A stretch of DNA of 51,018 nucleotides, taken from Candidatus Hermodarchaeota archaeon. GTDB lineage: Archaea; Asgardarchaeota; Lokiarchaeia; Sigyniarchaeales; SOKP01. Shown in pieces: positions 36,619 to 46,748 of the stretch. How positions within the stretch are numbered: position 1 is the first letter of the stretch; each line of letters begins with the position of its first letter. The notes below the pieces were generated by a model. That model did not search any database. It was not told the DNA's origin and saw only the letters and a program-made list of their open reading frames with translations. The translations under genes and the position numbers were made by a program. Where the stretch lies: NCBI GenBank assembly GCA_048885535.1, contig JBHLLO010000016.1, positions 1 through 51,018 of the forward strand, given 5' to 3'.

Positions 36619-37590
36619 ATGAAATTAAATCTTGAAAAATTTGACATATTTTATGTAGTTGGTTTAATCGCAGCCACCATTTTCATGATATTGGAATTGA
36701 TTTTTGGATTTGTCGCGTTGAACTTCACATTTTTAATTTTCTTTTGGACTATGAAACTTCTCTCTGGTTTTGGTTTGATTATAACAATTGCAAATGCTAT
36801 ATTATGGCTATTGAATCGATTTACTGAGAAGTTTACTAAAAAACATATTCAAATTCTTGTGATCATTCAAGCTATAGTTCCTGGAATTTTAGCTGGTTAT
36901 TCTATTTATACTATTTTTTCAAATTTACCTCCCATTACCCCACCAACAGTTTTAGAGTATTGGGTTGATCTTCTGTTATTTCTTTACGGTATAATCTCTT
37001 TAACAATCTCATTATATATTATTCCTCTAATAAAATCAGAATTTCAAGAAGCTACAGAAACTGGATTAATAAGGCGTGTCAAGGGAGGTGTAAAGAAAAT
37101 TGGTCGAGGCATTAAGAAAAGGTATTACACATGGAGAGGGAAATACGCGAAAGTTCAAATTCAAGATCAGATGACATTAGGAGAAGTACTAGATATTTGG
37201 AGAGATCGCTTTGCAGTCTATCTATTAATCCCAATCGCTATAGGTTCGTTAATTTTTACCCCAATAACTTTTATTTGTATAATATTCTGGTTAAAAATAT
37301 TGATTCTTGATAAAGGTGAACCAAAGTTTTATGAAAGAATCGCTTTAATTATATCTATGATCTGGATTGCTACAATTTCAAGCTTGTCCTATGTTTTAAA
37401 TTTAGTATTTTATACCTCAATACAACCATTATTTTGGACAGTTCAAATCTTTTATTTAGCAGGAATTCTCATTTCTGGCTGTATTTTTATTTACAGATTT
37501 GCTAAACTTAAAGGTATCACGCTTAAAAAAATCAAGGAAGAGATTAAAGAAATTAAAACTAAAATTTCGAAAAAAGAGGAATCTGAATAG
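36619..37590 (+). CDS. Hypothetical polytopic membrane protein
   Basis: 7-8 hydrophobic segments with a basic cytoplasmic loop. Confidence 0.7.
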   Translation: MKLNLEKFDIFYVVGLIAATIFMILELIFGFVALNFTFLIFFWTMKLLSGFGLIITIANAILWLLNRFTEKFTKKHIQILVIIQAIVPGILAGYSIYTIFSNLPPITPPTVLEYWVDLLLFLYGIISLTISLYIIPLIKSEFQEATETGLIRRVKGGVKKIGRGIKKRYYTWRGKYAKVQIQDQMTLGEVLDIWRDRFAVYLLIPIAIGSLIFTPITFICIIFWLKILILDKGEPKFYERIALIISMIWIATISSLSYVLNLVFYTSIQPLFWTVQIFYLAGILISGCIFIYRFAKLKGITLKKIKEEIKEIKTKISKKEESE

Positions 37591-37632
37591 TAAGAAAAAG
37601 TGTAAGATTTATTATTCCTTCGGGTGTTTAGA

Positions 37633-38133
37633 ATGAGCAAATATCATTTAAGAAGAATAGAGAAAGAGGTTTCGGACAAGGAGGTCCTACTCGAGATTTT
37701 AAAGAATGGGAAATTTGCTATAATTTCATTGTGTAAAGAGAATGAAGCCTATTTAGTAACCTTAAGTTATGGATATGATGAAATTAAAAATTCCCTATAC
37801 TTCCATTGTGCTAAAGAAGGCCAGAAAATAGATTTTATTAAATCAAATCCATTTGTATGTGGTACAGTGATAGAAGATAATGGTTATGAAGAAGGTTGTG
37901 GACAAGCATACCGTTCAGTTGTTTTTAGAGGAAAAATGGAAATTTTGGTAGAATTACAAGAAAAAAAGTATGGATTCAAAGTAATATTGAACCAATTAGA
38001 AAGCGACCCTGAATTAATAAAAAACAAATTTTTGAAGAAAGATGAAACTTATGAAAATGCGGGGATGTTAAGATTAGATATAACCGAAATCACGGGCAAA
38101 GAAGAAAAAGCAGATTCTCAAACTACATCTTAA
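37633..38133 (+). CDS. Pyridoxamine 5'-phosphate oxidase-like flavin-binding protein (NimA-like)
   Basis: LRR.EKE, LSYGY, LYFHCAKEGQK, YRSVVFRG, ITGK. Confidence 0.85.
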   Translation: MSKYHLRRIEKEVSDKEVLLEILKNGKFAIISLCKENEAYLVTLSYGYDEIKNSLYFHCAKEGQKIDFIKSNPFVCGTVIEDNGYEEGCGQAYRSVVFRGKMEILVELQEKKYGFKVILNQLESDPELIKNKFLKKDETYENAGMLRLDITEITGKEEKADSQTTS

Positions 38134-38620
38134 TTTCATTCAATATACCATCGATATAATTTATTTTATCAGATTCGAGTTCATCCTTTAAAGCATTTGC
38201 TAAAGAGTATCTGAACGCCCATATTTCGATCTTTTTATCTAATTCTTTCACTTTTTTAATTACAGGTATGAAATCTCCATCTCCAGATACCAATACTGCG
38301 GTGTCATATGCATTCTCATATGCAAGAGAAATTATATCAATTGCAATTTTAATATCAACTTTTTTTTCAAACGCTTCATTTAAAGTAATCTTGTCAAAAC
38401 TGATTTTAATATTAAATCCACTTTTCACCCTTAAATCCTCATACCACTTCTTTTTCTCAGGGCTTAGAGGATATATTGCCCCTTCATATAAAAATATGCC
38501 CTCTAATTTTCGATCTTTAGTTATAAGACTTTTTAATTTTTCATAATCCGCTTTTATATTGTATTTCCTAAAGCCTTTGAAGATATTGCTATTATCTACA
38601 AAGATAATAATTCGATCCAT
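38123..38620 (-). CDS. NYN (LabA/DUF88, PIN-like) domain protein
   Basis: FVDNSN, EKKVD..IAID, LVSGDGDF. Confidence 0.9.
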   Translation of the reverse strand: MDRIIIFVDNSNIFKGFRKYNIKADYEKLKSLITKDRKLEGIFLYEGAIYPLSPEKKKWYEDLRVKSGFNIKISFDKITLNEAFEKKVDIKIAIDIISLAYENAYDTAVLVSGDGDFIPVIKKVKELDKKIEIWAFRYSLANALKDELESDKINYIDGILNEIKM

Positions 38621-38727
38621 CTAAATCATTCTTTCATTTTTGTATCTTATAAAAAATACTCTTATTTATTATTTTTATTTAATTATTCTAAAATAATCCG
38701 AATCTTAGATTAAGTAAGTTTTTACTG

Positions 38728-39900
38728 ATGTATGATGTTATAATCTCTGGAGCAGGTCCTTCAGGCTCAAAATGTGCCCAAATCTTAGCTAAAGCAGGAT
38801 TCAAAATCGCTTTACTCGAAAAAGATATAATGTGGCGAAAACCTTGTGGTGGTGCAATAAATCCTCTTGTATTTGAATATTATCCACAATTGAGAAAACT
38901 TGATTTACCTAAATTACAAGGAATTGTAATGCATTCTGCAGATTATCATTACTTAGAGTATTCTAGAGGGGGTGAACATGGAACCATTTTAGATCGCTTA
39001 GAATTCGATAATTTCATCAGAGATATAGCAATTGATGAAGGGGTAGAACTTTTCGACAAGAATGTTTCGTTTGATTTCATAATGAAAAATAATCTCAAAA
39101 CTGGTGTTAAAACGAAAACCTTATCTGGAATTGAGGAATACTATGGAAAAATAATAATCATTGCTGATGGAATGAGTTCTAAACTAGCAATAAGATCAGG
39201 AATACATCCTAAGTGGAAAACGGATGATATTGCATTAGCTAAGTGCTCCATCCTAGAAGGAAAACATCAACTAGATGAGCAACGCGCATACATTTTTTTT
39301 AGACCCTATGAAGGATATGGATGGATATTTCCTTTGGATCAACACCGCTTTAACACAGGAATTTATACATTTGGAAAAAGCAATCATGAATATAATTTAG
39401 ACGATGTATATCGTGAATTCTTAAAAGATCCATATGTTAAAAAATATATTCCCGCTTCCGATTATAAGACTATCTGGACCGCTTCTTATCCTTTCCCAAT
39501 CCTAGGAGTTCTCCAAAAAAGCCTTTATGACGATAACATGATGATTATAGGAGATGCTGGAGGTTTTATCTCGCCTATAAGCGGTGAGGGTATTCATACC
39601 TCAATAAAATCAGGTATGATTGCTGCAGAAACTGCCATCAAAGCGTTAGAAGAACAAGATTATTCTAAAAATATTTTAAAAAATTTTAAACAACATTCAG
39701 AAATAAAAACTATCACAAGAGATTTTAAATTAACATATTCTATGACTAACTTCTTTTATGAGAATAAGGGAGAGAATTTAAACCGTATGCTAGCACTAAC
39801 AGAGAAAGACCCCGAGTTTAAAAGTCAAGTTGTAGACATTTTTACTTCTAGCTCCATTTCTATTCCCTCAAAAGAGTTTTTTTCTAAAATAAAAGGATAA
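38728..39900 (+). CDS. Geranylgeranyl reductase family FAD oxidoreductase
   Basis: GAGPSG, KPCGG, R..FD, IADG, GYGWIFP, GDAGG..SPISGEGI. Confidence 0.9.
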   Translation: MYDVIISGAGPSGSKCAQILAKAGFKIALLEKDIMWRKPCGGAINPLVFEYYPQLRKLDLPKLQGIVMHSADYHYLEYSRGGEHGTILDRLEFDNFIRDIAIDEGVELFDKNVSFDFIMKNNLKTGVKTKTLSGIEEYYGKIIIIADGMSSKLAIRSGIHPKWKTDDIALAKCSILEGKHQLDEQRAYIFFRPYEGYGWIFPLDQHRFNTGIYTFGKSNHEYNLDDVYREFLKDPYVKKYIPASDYKTIWTASYPFPILGVLQKSLYDDNMMIIGDAGGFISPISGEGIHTSIKSGMIAAETAIKALEEQDYSKNILKNFKQHSEIKTITRDFKLTYSMTNFFYENKGENLNRMLALTEKDPEFKSQVVDIFTSSSISIPSKEFFSKIKG

Positions 39901-39927
39901 ACACAAGTTCCTTATTTAAGTAAAGGA

Positions 39928-40605
39928 TTATTTTTGCTTTTTAAGAATAATCTTCATCCATCCCTCAATTAATTCCATTTCAAAATTTTTTTTGAATTTT
40001 GAATGTTCAAGAAGTTTCATAATCAGTGTGTTATATTCATTCCACTCAAAACCATGCAGACTTTGGATTCGCGAAACAATATGATATCTCAAACTACCGT
40101 ACATCCGTTTCAACTTAACTTGTTCTTCATTGGGAGGATTAGAACATCCATCATATATCCATGCCTCCCCTCTTTCCTTTAAAACACGGTAACATTCATT
40201 AAAAACCTTAATAGGATGCTTCCAATGATGAAAAGAACCAGTACTTACGATAAAGTCAATAGAATTACTTTTAAAGGGGAGATCAGCTGCATTAGCTAAC
40301 TTGAAATTTACATTCTTATATTTCTTAGCATGACCAGAAGCAATCATCACCATTTTTTGGCTAAGATCAATTCCAAAAACAGTCAATTCTGGTGTTCTTC
40401 TCGCAATTTCTATGGCGAGGTATCCTGTACCTGAGCCAACATCTATTAAAGTACCCTTTTTTATTCTTTGGACAACTTTTTGGGCAATTCCAAATTCTGA
40501 TTTGCTTAAAAACCTTTTTATAAAGGCATTATAAAAAATAGCTCCCACACTTGGGATAGCCTCTAACTTTATTTGTATATTTTTTAAAAATCTTGTTAAG
40601 AACAT
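39928..40605 (-). CDS. Class I SAM-dependent methyltransferase
   Basis: IDVGSGTG, NAADLPF, STGSFHHW, RVLK..G. Confidence 0.9.
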   Translation of the reverse strand: MFLTRFLKNIQIKLEAIPSVGAIFYNAFIKRFLSKSEFGIAQKVVQRIKKGTLIDVGSGTGYLAIEIARRTPELTVFGIDLSQKMVMIASGHAKKYKNVNFKLANAADLPFKSNSIDFIVSTGSFHHWKHPIKVFNECYRVLKERGEAWIYDGCSNPPNEEQVKLKRMYGSLRYHIVSRIQSLHGFEWNEYNTLIMKLLEHSKFKKNFEMELIEGWMKIILKKQK

Positions 40606-40654
40606 GTTTAGCTCACCTAATTAAGAGCTAAGTACGCTTTTTTAAATATCTGGT

Positions 40655-40810
40655 TTAAGCATCTTTCATTGCCTTAAAAATCCAATTCAACTTGCATTTA
40701 AAGGAACAAAAAAATCGTTTTTCTGGTTTCTGACATATATTGACGTGACGGTATTTCTTATTCCATGTGTTTCTCAGGATTCTTTTGCCACAATATTCAC
40801 AATCGGTCAT
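40655..40810 (-). CDS. 51-aa TRASH/FCS-type zinc-finger microprotein; missing from the ORF track
   Basis: MTDCEYCGKRILRNTWNKKYRHVNICQKPEKRFFCSFKCKLNWIFKAMKDA*: CxxC ... FCSxxC. Confidence 0.75.
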   Translation of the reverse strand: MTDCEYCGKRILRNTWNKKYRHVNICQKPEKRFFCSFKCKLNWIFKAMKDA

Positions 40811-40986
40811 TAATTTCTCTCTTTTAAAAAAGTTCCTTTAAATTAAATTATAAGGCACATTAATACAGCTATCTAAAACATAATACTTAGAGAAAAAAGA
40901 TCTCGAGTATTAATATTATAATAAGTTTCATAGGCTTTTATATGTAACAAAAATTATTAAAAAAATGAAAAGCTGTCTACTTTCAA

Positions 40987-41691
40987 TTAATTTTGGGAGA
41001 TAATCTCCTTAAAAGACTTACGCTTATTAAACATAAGCTCAGAGATCTCTTCTGCACGCCTCATAATTTCTTCCCTATTGGACGATTTGTTCTTTTGATA
41101 CTTTTTATACCTCTTCTTAGCAATCTTTCTCCATCTCTTTTTCCAAGAAGGGAATCCTGTCTTAACGAAACGTTCACGATTAGGAAAATCTTGGCACACC
41201 CAGTCGAATAAAATGAAATATCTTTGGGCACCAGATTCTATCGTAAGTTTATTAGAAGATACTCCAAGTTTTCGTAGGTGTTGGACAAATCGACCTTCTA
41301 CAGCATCTTGCAATTTTCCTTCTACAATTGCGGATTCGAAATATATTTCATTCTCATTAAAATAATCTCTTACGAGATCAAAACAATTGCCTCTACATAA
41401 TAGTATTCGATCTTCTTTTTTATGATTAAATACTTTAAGAGTTTTAATTACAATCTTAAGTATGTGTTTTTTGGGGCGATCGCCATCTTTATTATCCTCA
41501 TTATAGAGACCTACAGGAACAGATTGGAACAATATCTTTCCAGTTTCTGTATCTCGAAAGCCAATAAAAGCATCTCCAACAAGATCTCCAGTCCCAGCAT
41601 CATCAATTTCTATTGTTCTACCGTTCCACTTACTGGGACAATTAGTGGATTGACACGACTCATTGTCGTTTTCTTCTGTTTTTGTCTTCAT
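40987..41691 (-). CDS. Uncharacterised protein with an RNase HII-like N-terminal motif
   Basis: IEIDDAGTGDLVG resembles the RNase HII IDEAGRGP..G; the rest is not recognisable. Confidence 0.5.
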   Translation of the reverse strand: MKTKTEENDNESCQSTNCPSKWNGRTIEIDDAGTGDLVGDAFIGFRDTETGKILFQSVPVGLYNEDNKDGDRPKKHILKIVIKTLKVFNHKKEDRILLCRGNCFDLVRDYFNENEIYFESAIVEGKLQDAVEGRFVQHLRKLGVSSNKLTIESGAQRYFILFDWVCQDFPNRERFVKTGFPSWKKRWRKIAKKRYKKYQKNKSSNREEIMRRAEEISELMFNKRKSFKEIISQN

Positions 41692-41790
41692 TATAAATCT
41701 AAATGTTTCGGCTCATAAATAAATTGGGATTTATTAATATAAATGAAAAATATCCTGTTATATCTTAAGAGTTAAATGAGAATTTTGAGC

Positions 41791-42582
41791 CTATTCTCTT
41801 TGATTTGTTATATCTTTAAGCAAAATCTCAGGATGATGATATCTCCCCACTTTCAGAGTGTCTTTACCGTATTGTATTGCTGTTTCTGGACAAAAATGAA
41901 GACATGCCAGACATAGCTGGCAATTATGCTGCCATTCAGGTATTCCATTTTTAAGTTTAATGTTATTCACCGGACAGACTTTAACACATATACCACAATT
42001 ATTACAACTATCAGTAGCGTAAAATAATTCGTCCATTTTATTAACACCTTCACGAAACTCTCTATTAATCCTTTCATGTCTTTCTGCTTCCCTTTCTAAG
42101 ATTTCTTCAGTTATATTTTTTCCACCACTCTTTATAACTTCACTAATTAATCGAATTTTTTCAACCATAATCTCAAAAAGCTTACTTTGACGTACTTCTG
42201 GTGTAACATCATATCCTATAATATAATTATTTGGCATATTAATAATAGAACCAACTTTAAGTTCTTTCCCTTTCATTTTTAGAATATTATTAATCTGTTG
42301 GAAAGGGAAATCATTTAAGTCTTCTGCACTTGTTATAACTGAAAAAAAATAACTTGATTCATCAGTTATAAGCTTGTGTAGAAAATCATAAACAATTTTT
42401 GGCAATCCAAAATAGTAAAGTGGAAATACAAAACCAACATTTTCGCTTGTGGATTCAATCTTTTCCACTTTCCATACTTTTGCTATAGCTACAAGTTCAC
42501 AATCTCCTAAACTTTCCGCAAGAAGTTTTGCAACCCTTAAAGAATTACCTGTTCCAGTAAAAAAATATATAGTCGTTTTCAT
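41791..42582 (-). CDS. EFR1-type flavodoxin-ferredoxin fusion
   Basis: YFFTGTGNS, GFVFPLY, MPNNY, CNNCGIC...CP, CQLCLAC...CP, RYHHP. Confidence 0.9.
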   Translation of the reverse strand: MKTTIYFFTGTGNSLRVAKLLAESLGDCELVAIAKVWKVEKIESTSENVGFVFPLYYFGLPKIVYDFLHKLITDESSYFFSVITSAEDLNDFPFQQINNILKMKGKELKVGSIINMPNNYIIGYDVTPEVRQSKLFEIMVEKIRLISEVIKSGGKNITEEILEREAERHERINREFREGVNKMDELFYATDSCNNCGICVKVCPVNNIKLKNGIPEWQHNCQLCLACLHFCPETAIQYGKDTLKVGRYHHPEILLKDITNQRE

Positions 42583-42682
42583 ATTAACTTAGAATGAATT
42601 CTTCTAAAATTCAATATAGAATAAATAAAACAATGAATCTTACCCCTTTATAGTTTAAACTTTTGAAGTAGATGTGAAGTAA

Positions 42683-42829
42683 CTATTCCATCCATACAAA
42701 ATTTACTGACAAATTATAAGCAATTTGTTGATCTAAACATCCTCTCATAAGTTCTGAACGGAAATCTCCTTCATTTAGCAATTCCAGACTGTGATTCGGG
42801 ATATTATAATGATAAATCCCACTTTCCAC
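42683..42829 (-). pseudogene. Internal fragment of a SagB/ThcOx-type nitroreductase
   Basis: VESGIYHYNIPNHSLELLNEGDFRSELMRGCLDQQIAYNLSVNFVW, bounded by stops. Confidence 0.65.
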
Positions 42830-42920
42830 AATTTAGATAAATCTAATAATTTAGAAGTAGTTAATTAATAGAAGTTTTTTTTTAATAACATTTTAAAAAC
42901 ACAGAAGTTTTAGATAGATT

Positions 42921-43319
42921 ATGCCTAAAAAAAAGAAAAGTCCAATTTCTTTTGATAGAATGTATTTTCAATTAAAAGTAGAAGATATCGAAAGAGCAAA
43001 AAAGTTTTATGAAGAAGTATTTAACTTTGACGTCTCATGGTATATGTCTCCTGAAGTTGGATGGTGTGAATTTGATTTACCGGGTGGAACTCCAAGACTT
43101 GGATTAAATACGATAGGAGAGGATGATAAAGTAACTCCTGACTCAGGTACTTTTACAATTGCAGTTGGAAATCTAGAAGAAACGAAAAAATATCTAGAAG
43201 ATAAGGGGATTGTAACTACCGAAATAACTGATATCCCTAATATGGTTTCCTACTTCAATATGACAGATTCAGAAGGAAATAGGGTTCAAATAGTATCTGA
43301 ACCAAGAATTCAAGAGTAA
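42921..43319 (+). CDS. VOC/glyoxalase family protein
   Basis: VEDIERAKKFYEEVF, DSEGN.VQI. Confidence 0.85.
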   Translation: MPKKKKSPISFDRMYFQLKVEDIERAKKFYEEVFNFDVSWYMSPEVGWCEFDLPGGTPRLGLNTIGEDDKVTPDSGTFTIAVGNLEETKKYLEDKGIVTTEITDIPNMVSYFNMTDSEGNRVQIVSEPRIQE

Positions 43320-43374
43320 ATTGAATAATAATTTTTTATTAGTTAATTAGAATTTAAGCCAGCATTCTTTAAAT

Positions 43375-44595
43375 TCAATAAGCTGTCAACATTTCCATGA
43401 ATGCTTCAAGGCGAGTTAATATTTGACCATGAGAGAAATTTCTTTCATCAACACAATCGACGTCAAGATGAATAAGTGGTATTCCAACTTTTTGAAGTGC
43501 TTCTTTGAATAATACTCTAGCTCCAGAAGATTGCCGACAACCCCAATGTGCAGGATTAATTGCTCCATGTATTTTGAAATCTTTTGCTAATTGTGCAAGT
43601 ACTTTTAGACGGCGTTCTACTGGACCAACTAAAGGATGGGTAATCATTCTGTAAGCTAGACTTTTCAAAGGATCACTTTCATCAAGAGGGTCCCACCAAA
43701 TGTGGTTTAATTCATCAATAACAATATTAGCGCCATAACTTTCTTCTAATATATCAATTAGGTCTGTTTTAAATTGAATTCTATTCTGTATCCAGAGTAG
43801 ACGATATTTTTCATTTGGTAATCCATACAATTTGTTTTCAACTCTATCTTGGAACTCGTTTCGATATAATTTAGCAACTTCAACACCTTCTTTAGTGCCA
43901 AGAAGTAGTATGAACATTATAAAATTTTTTAAATCTTTAGACTTAGATGGACTTGGAACGTTTTTGCAAAGTTCATTTATCTCTATAAGATACTCTCTTG
44001 CTTGATTATTATATTCTATAGTTTGCTTAAGTTTTTGATAATTTAATTTACGTCCAGTATTTTCTTCGATGTAATTAATCATCTCTTTATATTGTTCAGT
44101 CAAATTATCAACAGATTCTGGAGTGACTTCAATAGGGATATTAAGAATGAAAACTTCCTTATTGAATATTTCTCCAATACGTTTTAAAGCTTTAACTCCT
44201 CCATTGCAAGGGATGCTTGCTCCTATAAGGATATCTGGTTCTGGAAGAAGACCATCCATAGCAGCCCCGATTATAGTTCTATGATATGAGCAGCTATCTG
44301 TCGAATACCCTTTACTTTCAGCTATTTCAAAATACTTTTGAGATATACCTGCACCTGAAAGCATTGCGCCAAAAAATTCTACAAACATGCCCGAAACATT
44401 CATAGAATTTAAAATCTCGTACGGAACAAATACTGTAGTCCATCCAATTGACCAATTATCGTCAAAAATACGAGAACCAATACGAGCTATTTCATAAATA
44501 AACTTTCTACGAGCAGTCAATTTAGAATCCATCTTCTTTTTAAGAGCAGATTCTAATTGGAAAAAATATTGTTTTAATAAATCATGATCAACCAT
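43375..44595 (-). CDS. 2-hydroxyacyl-CoA dehydratase subunit (HgdA/FldB-like)
   Basis: P.EI, GYSTDSCSYHR, PC, HWGCRQ, D..D.R...GQ..TRLEAF. Confidence 0.88.
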   Translation of the reverse strand: MVDHDLLKQYFFQLESALKKKMDSKLTARRKFIYEIARIGSRIFDDNWSIGWTTVFVPYEILNSMNVSGMFVEFFGAMLSGAGISQKYFEIAESKGYSTDSCSYHRTIIGAAMDGLLPEPDILIGASIPCNGGVKALKRIGEIFNKEVFILNIPIEVTPESVDNLTEQYKEMINYIEENTGRKLNYQKLKQTIEYNNQAREYLIEINELCKNVPSPSKSKDLKNFIMFILLLGTKEGVEVAKLYRNEFQDRVENKLYGLPNEKYRLLWIQNRIQFKTDLIDILEESYGANIVIDELNHIWWDPLDESDPLKSLAYRMITHPLVGPVERRLKVLAQLAKDFKIHGAINPAHWGCRQSSGARVLFKEALQKVGIPLIHLDVDCVDERNFSHGQILTRLEAFMEMLTAY

Positions 44596-44608
44596 CTTAT
44601 TTATCACA

Positions 44609-45682
44609 TCACTTTCTTATCATTTCTGAAAATGCTTCAATTCTTGTTTTTAATTGATTAATACTACCAAGAGTTCCATCACTCTCAATAAATAAAACAT
44701 TAAGTCCTTCATCTACTAAAATCTCTTTTAACTTCGGAACATCGTATAAATATGTATCACAAAACTTCAATGAATGATGGATAATCCCATTTATTTTGAA
44801 TTTTTTTGAAATTTCGATTAGATTTTTTGCTCGTTCTTCTATTTTCATCATACGAGCACATGGAGTCTTATTTAAATATGCTTCACTTAATGATTTTACT
44901 AAATCTTTAGATTTCTTTATATTAATATCAAAAAATTTGCTCCCAGAACAAATATCCTCATAAACAACGTTTAATTCGCAATCTTCTATAAAAGATAGAA
45001 AATCCACATCATGAACAGGACTACCAGACAGAATTATTCTTGGTTTTTTATTTAATTGAGCATCTGGTGGGTTATTTGAAATTAAAGATAACTTTTCTTT
45101 AATTTTTTTGTTCCATATTTTTGGATCTGACTCAAAGAAGCTAGAAACCCATTTTATGATTTCACTTCCTTTTATTTGAGGAGGGTTCTGCAATCTCAAG
45201 GAATTGAGCCTATTATATAAAGAACGAGATTCTATAAATAAACTCATTGAATCTTCAATTTGACTTTCTTGAATGGCTTTCGAAGTATATTTCTCTAGTG
45301 CTACTTTAAATTTTTTGAACTCCTCCACAATATAATCTAAACCTAATAATGAATGACCCATAGGAATATCTAAAATGTAGACAAATTTTGAAGGAATATA
45401 GTTTTTCCATAGATCGTGAAGTCTCCTCATAGCATCACAGGAATTAACAAACACAACTCCTTCAAGAAATTTATACCCTCCTTCTATAGCAACATCAACA
45501 GTAGATCTAACAAATTGACAAAAATTCGAATGTATATATGAGTCAGCATCAACTACTGAATTTGAATGACCCACTATACGATAAGGAAGAAATCCTGCTG
45601 CATATATCAATTCTAAAGGAGTGTATGAACAAACCCATCCCATTTGAGGTTTTTCAGAAGTAATTATTTTCACGGACTCCAT
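44609..45682 (-). CDS. 2-hydroxyacyl-CoA dehydratase subunit (HgdB/FldC-like)
   Basis: CSYTPLELIYAAG, FC, NSCDAMRR, EDICSG, KFCD, QLKTRIEAF. Confidence 0.88.
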   Translation of the reverse strand: MESVKIITSEKPQMGWVCSYTPLELIYAAGFLPYRIVGHSNSVVDADSYIHSNFCQFVRSTVDVAIEGGYKFLEGVVFVNSCDAMRRLHDLWKNYIPSKFVYILDIPMGHSLLGLDYIVEEFKKFKVALEKYTSKAIQESQIEDSMSLFIESRSLYNRLNSLRLQNPPQIKGSEIIKWVSSFFESDPKIWNKKIKEKLSLISNNPPDAQLNKKPRIILSGSPVHDVDFLSFIEDCELNVVYEDICSGSKFFDINIKKSKDLVKSLSEAYLNKTPCARMMKIEERAKNLIEISKKFKINGIIHHSLKFCDTYLYDVPKLKEILVDEGLNVLFIESDGTLGSINQLKTRIEAFSEMIRK

Positions 45683-45815
45683 GTAATTTATAAAATAAAT
45701 CCCCAGAGTTATAATGTAAAATTATTATTTTATTAATAATTTTAGTATAATGTTATTAGAAAATTCAAAATAATAATTATACTGACTAATGAATTAAATG
45801 AAGTGAGATTCGTAC

Positions 45816-46649
45816 TTGAAACATATAGAGGATGAGTTTAAGGGAGTAAATAATTTAATGATCTATTATCAGGGTTGGGTTCCAGATGCTCCTAAAGCAG
45901 TTATTCAACTTGTACATGGGGGTTTTGAACATTCGGGCAGATACCAAAATGTGGTAAACCAGTTAATTCCAGAAAACTATGCAATTTATGCCAATGACCA
46001 TCGTGGACATGGTAAATCAGAAGGATTACGAAACTATGTAAATTCTTTCAATGAATATATAGAAGATGAAAAATCACTCTATGATATAATAAAAACAAAC
46101 CACCCCACTTTACCAATATTTATGCTTGGTCATTCTTTAGGTTCATTTATAGCTATTTATTTTACAAAAGACTACGAAAGTCTCTTACATGGGCTTATTC
46201 TCTCAGGAACGGGAACAGATCCAGGTCAAGAAACTAGTAGGTTTTTAAAACGTATTGTAAAATTTTTCTCCAAAATTACCCCTAAAATGAAATTCAATCC
46301 TAGAATTGATGCTAAATTCTTAAGTCATGACCCAGAAGTAGTAAAAGATTACAATTCCGATCCTTTAGTGAATGCTGATAAAATTACTGCAAGATTGAGT
46401 TATGAAATGGTGAAGGGTTTTGAGGAATTTAAAAGGTTTATTGGAAATTTTAACCTTAGTTTATTAGTACAGTGTGGCTCTGAAGATAAACTAATTAGAG
46501 GAGCTGAAAAACTGGAAGATTACTTTAAAATGAAAGATAAAACCATTAGAATTTATGATGGTTTATACCATGAAGTTTATAACGAAATTGAAAAAGACAG
46601 AACTACAGTATTAAAAGATCTTAGCAATTGGTTAAATAACCATATCTAA
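45816..46649 (+). CDS. Alpha/beta hydrolase (lysophospholipase / monoacylglycerol lipase family)
   Basis: HG..EHSGRY, DHRGHGKS, GHSLG, D, LYHE. Confidence 0.9.
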   Translation: MKHIEDEFKGVNNLMIYYQGWVPDAPKAVIQLVHGGFEHSGRYQNVVNQLIPENYAIYANDHRGHGKSEGLRNYVNSFNEYIEDEKSLYDIIKTNHPTLPIFMLGHSLGSFIAIYFTKDYESLLHGLILSGTGTDPGQETSRFLKRIVKFFSKITPKMKFNPRIDAKFLSHDPEVVKDYNSDPLVNADKITARLSYEMVKGFEEFKRFIGNFNLSLLVQCGSEDKLIRGAEKLEDYFKMKDKTIRIYDGLYHEVYNEIEKDRTTVLKDLSNWLNNHI

Positions 46650-46748
46650 ATTATTGACATTATTATGGTTTGATTCTTTTAGCTGATACCTAATGACGAA
46701 AGTTATTAATAGGGATTTCACATATAGTTTAAATTAATACTTAATTAG

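Noticed and set aside
40655-40810. Ribosomal protein eL24
   Set aside because: Lacks the PG.G and later eL24 motifs and is not in a ribosomal gene context
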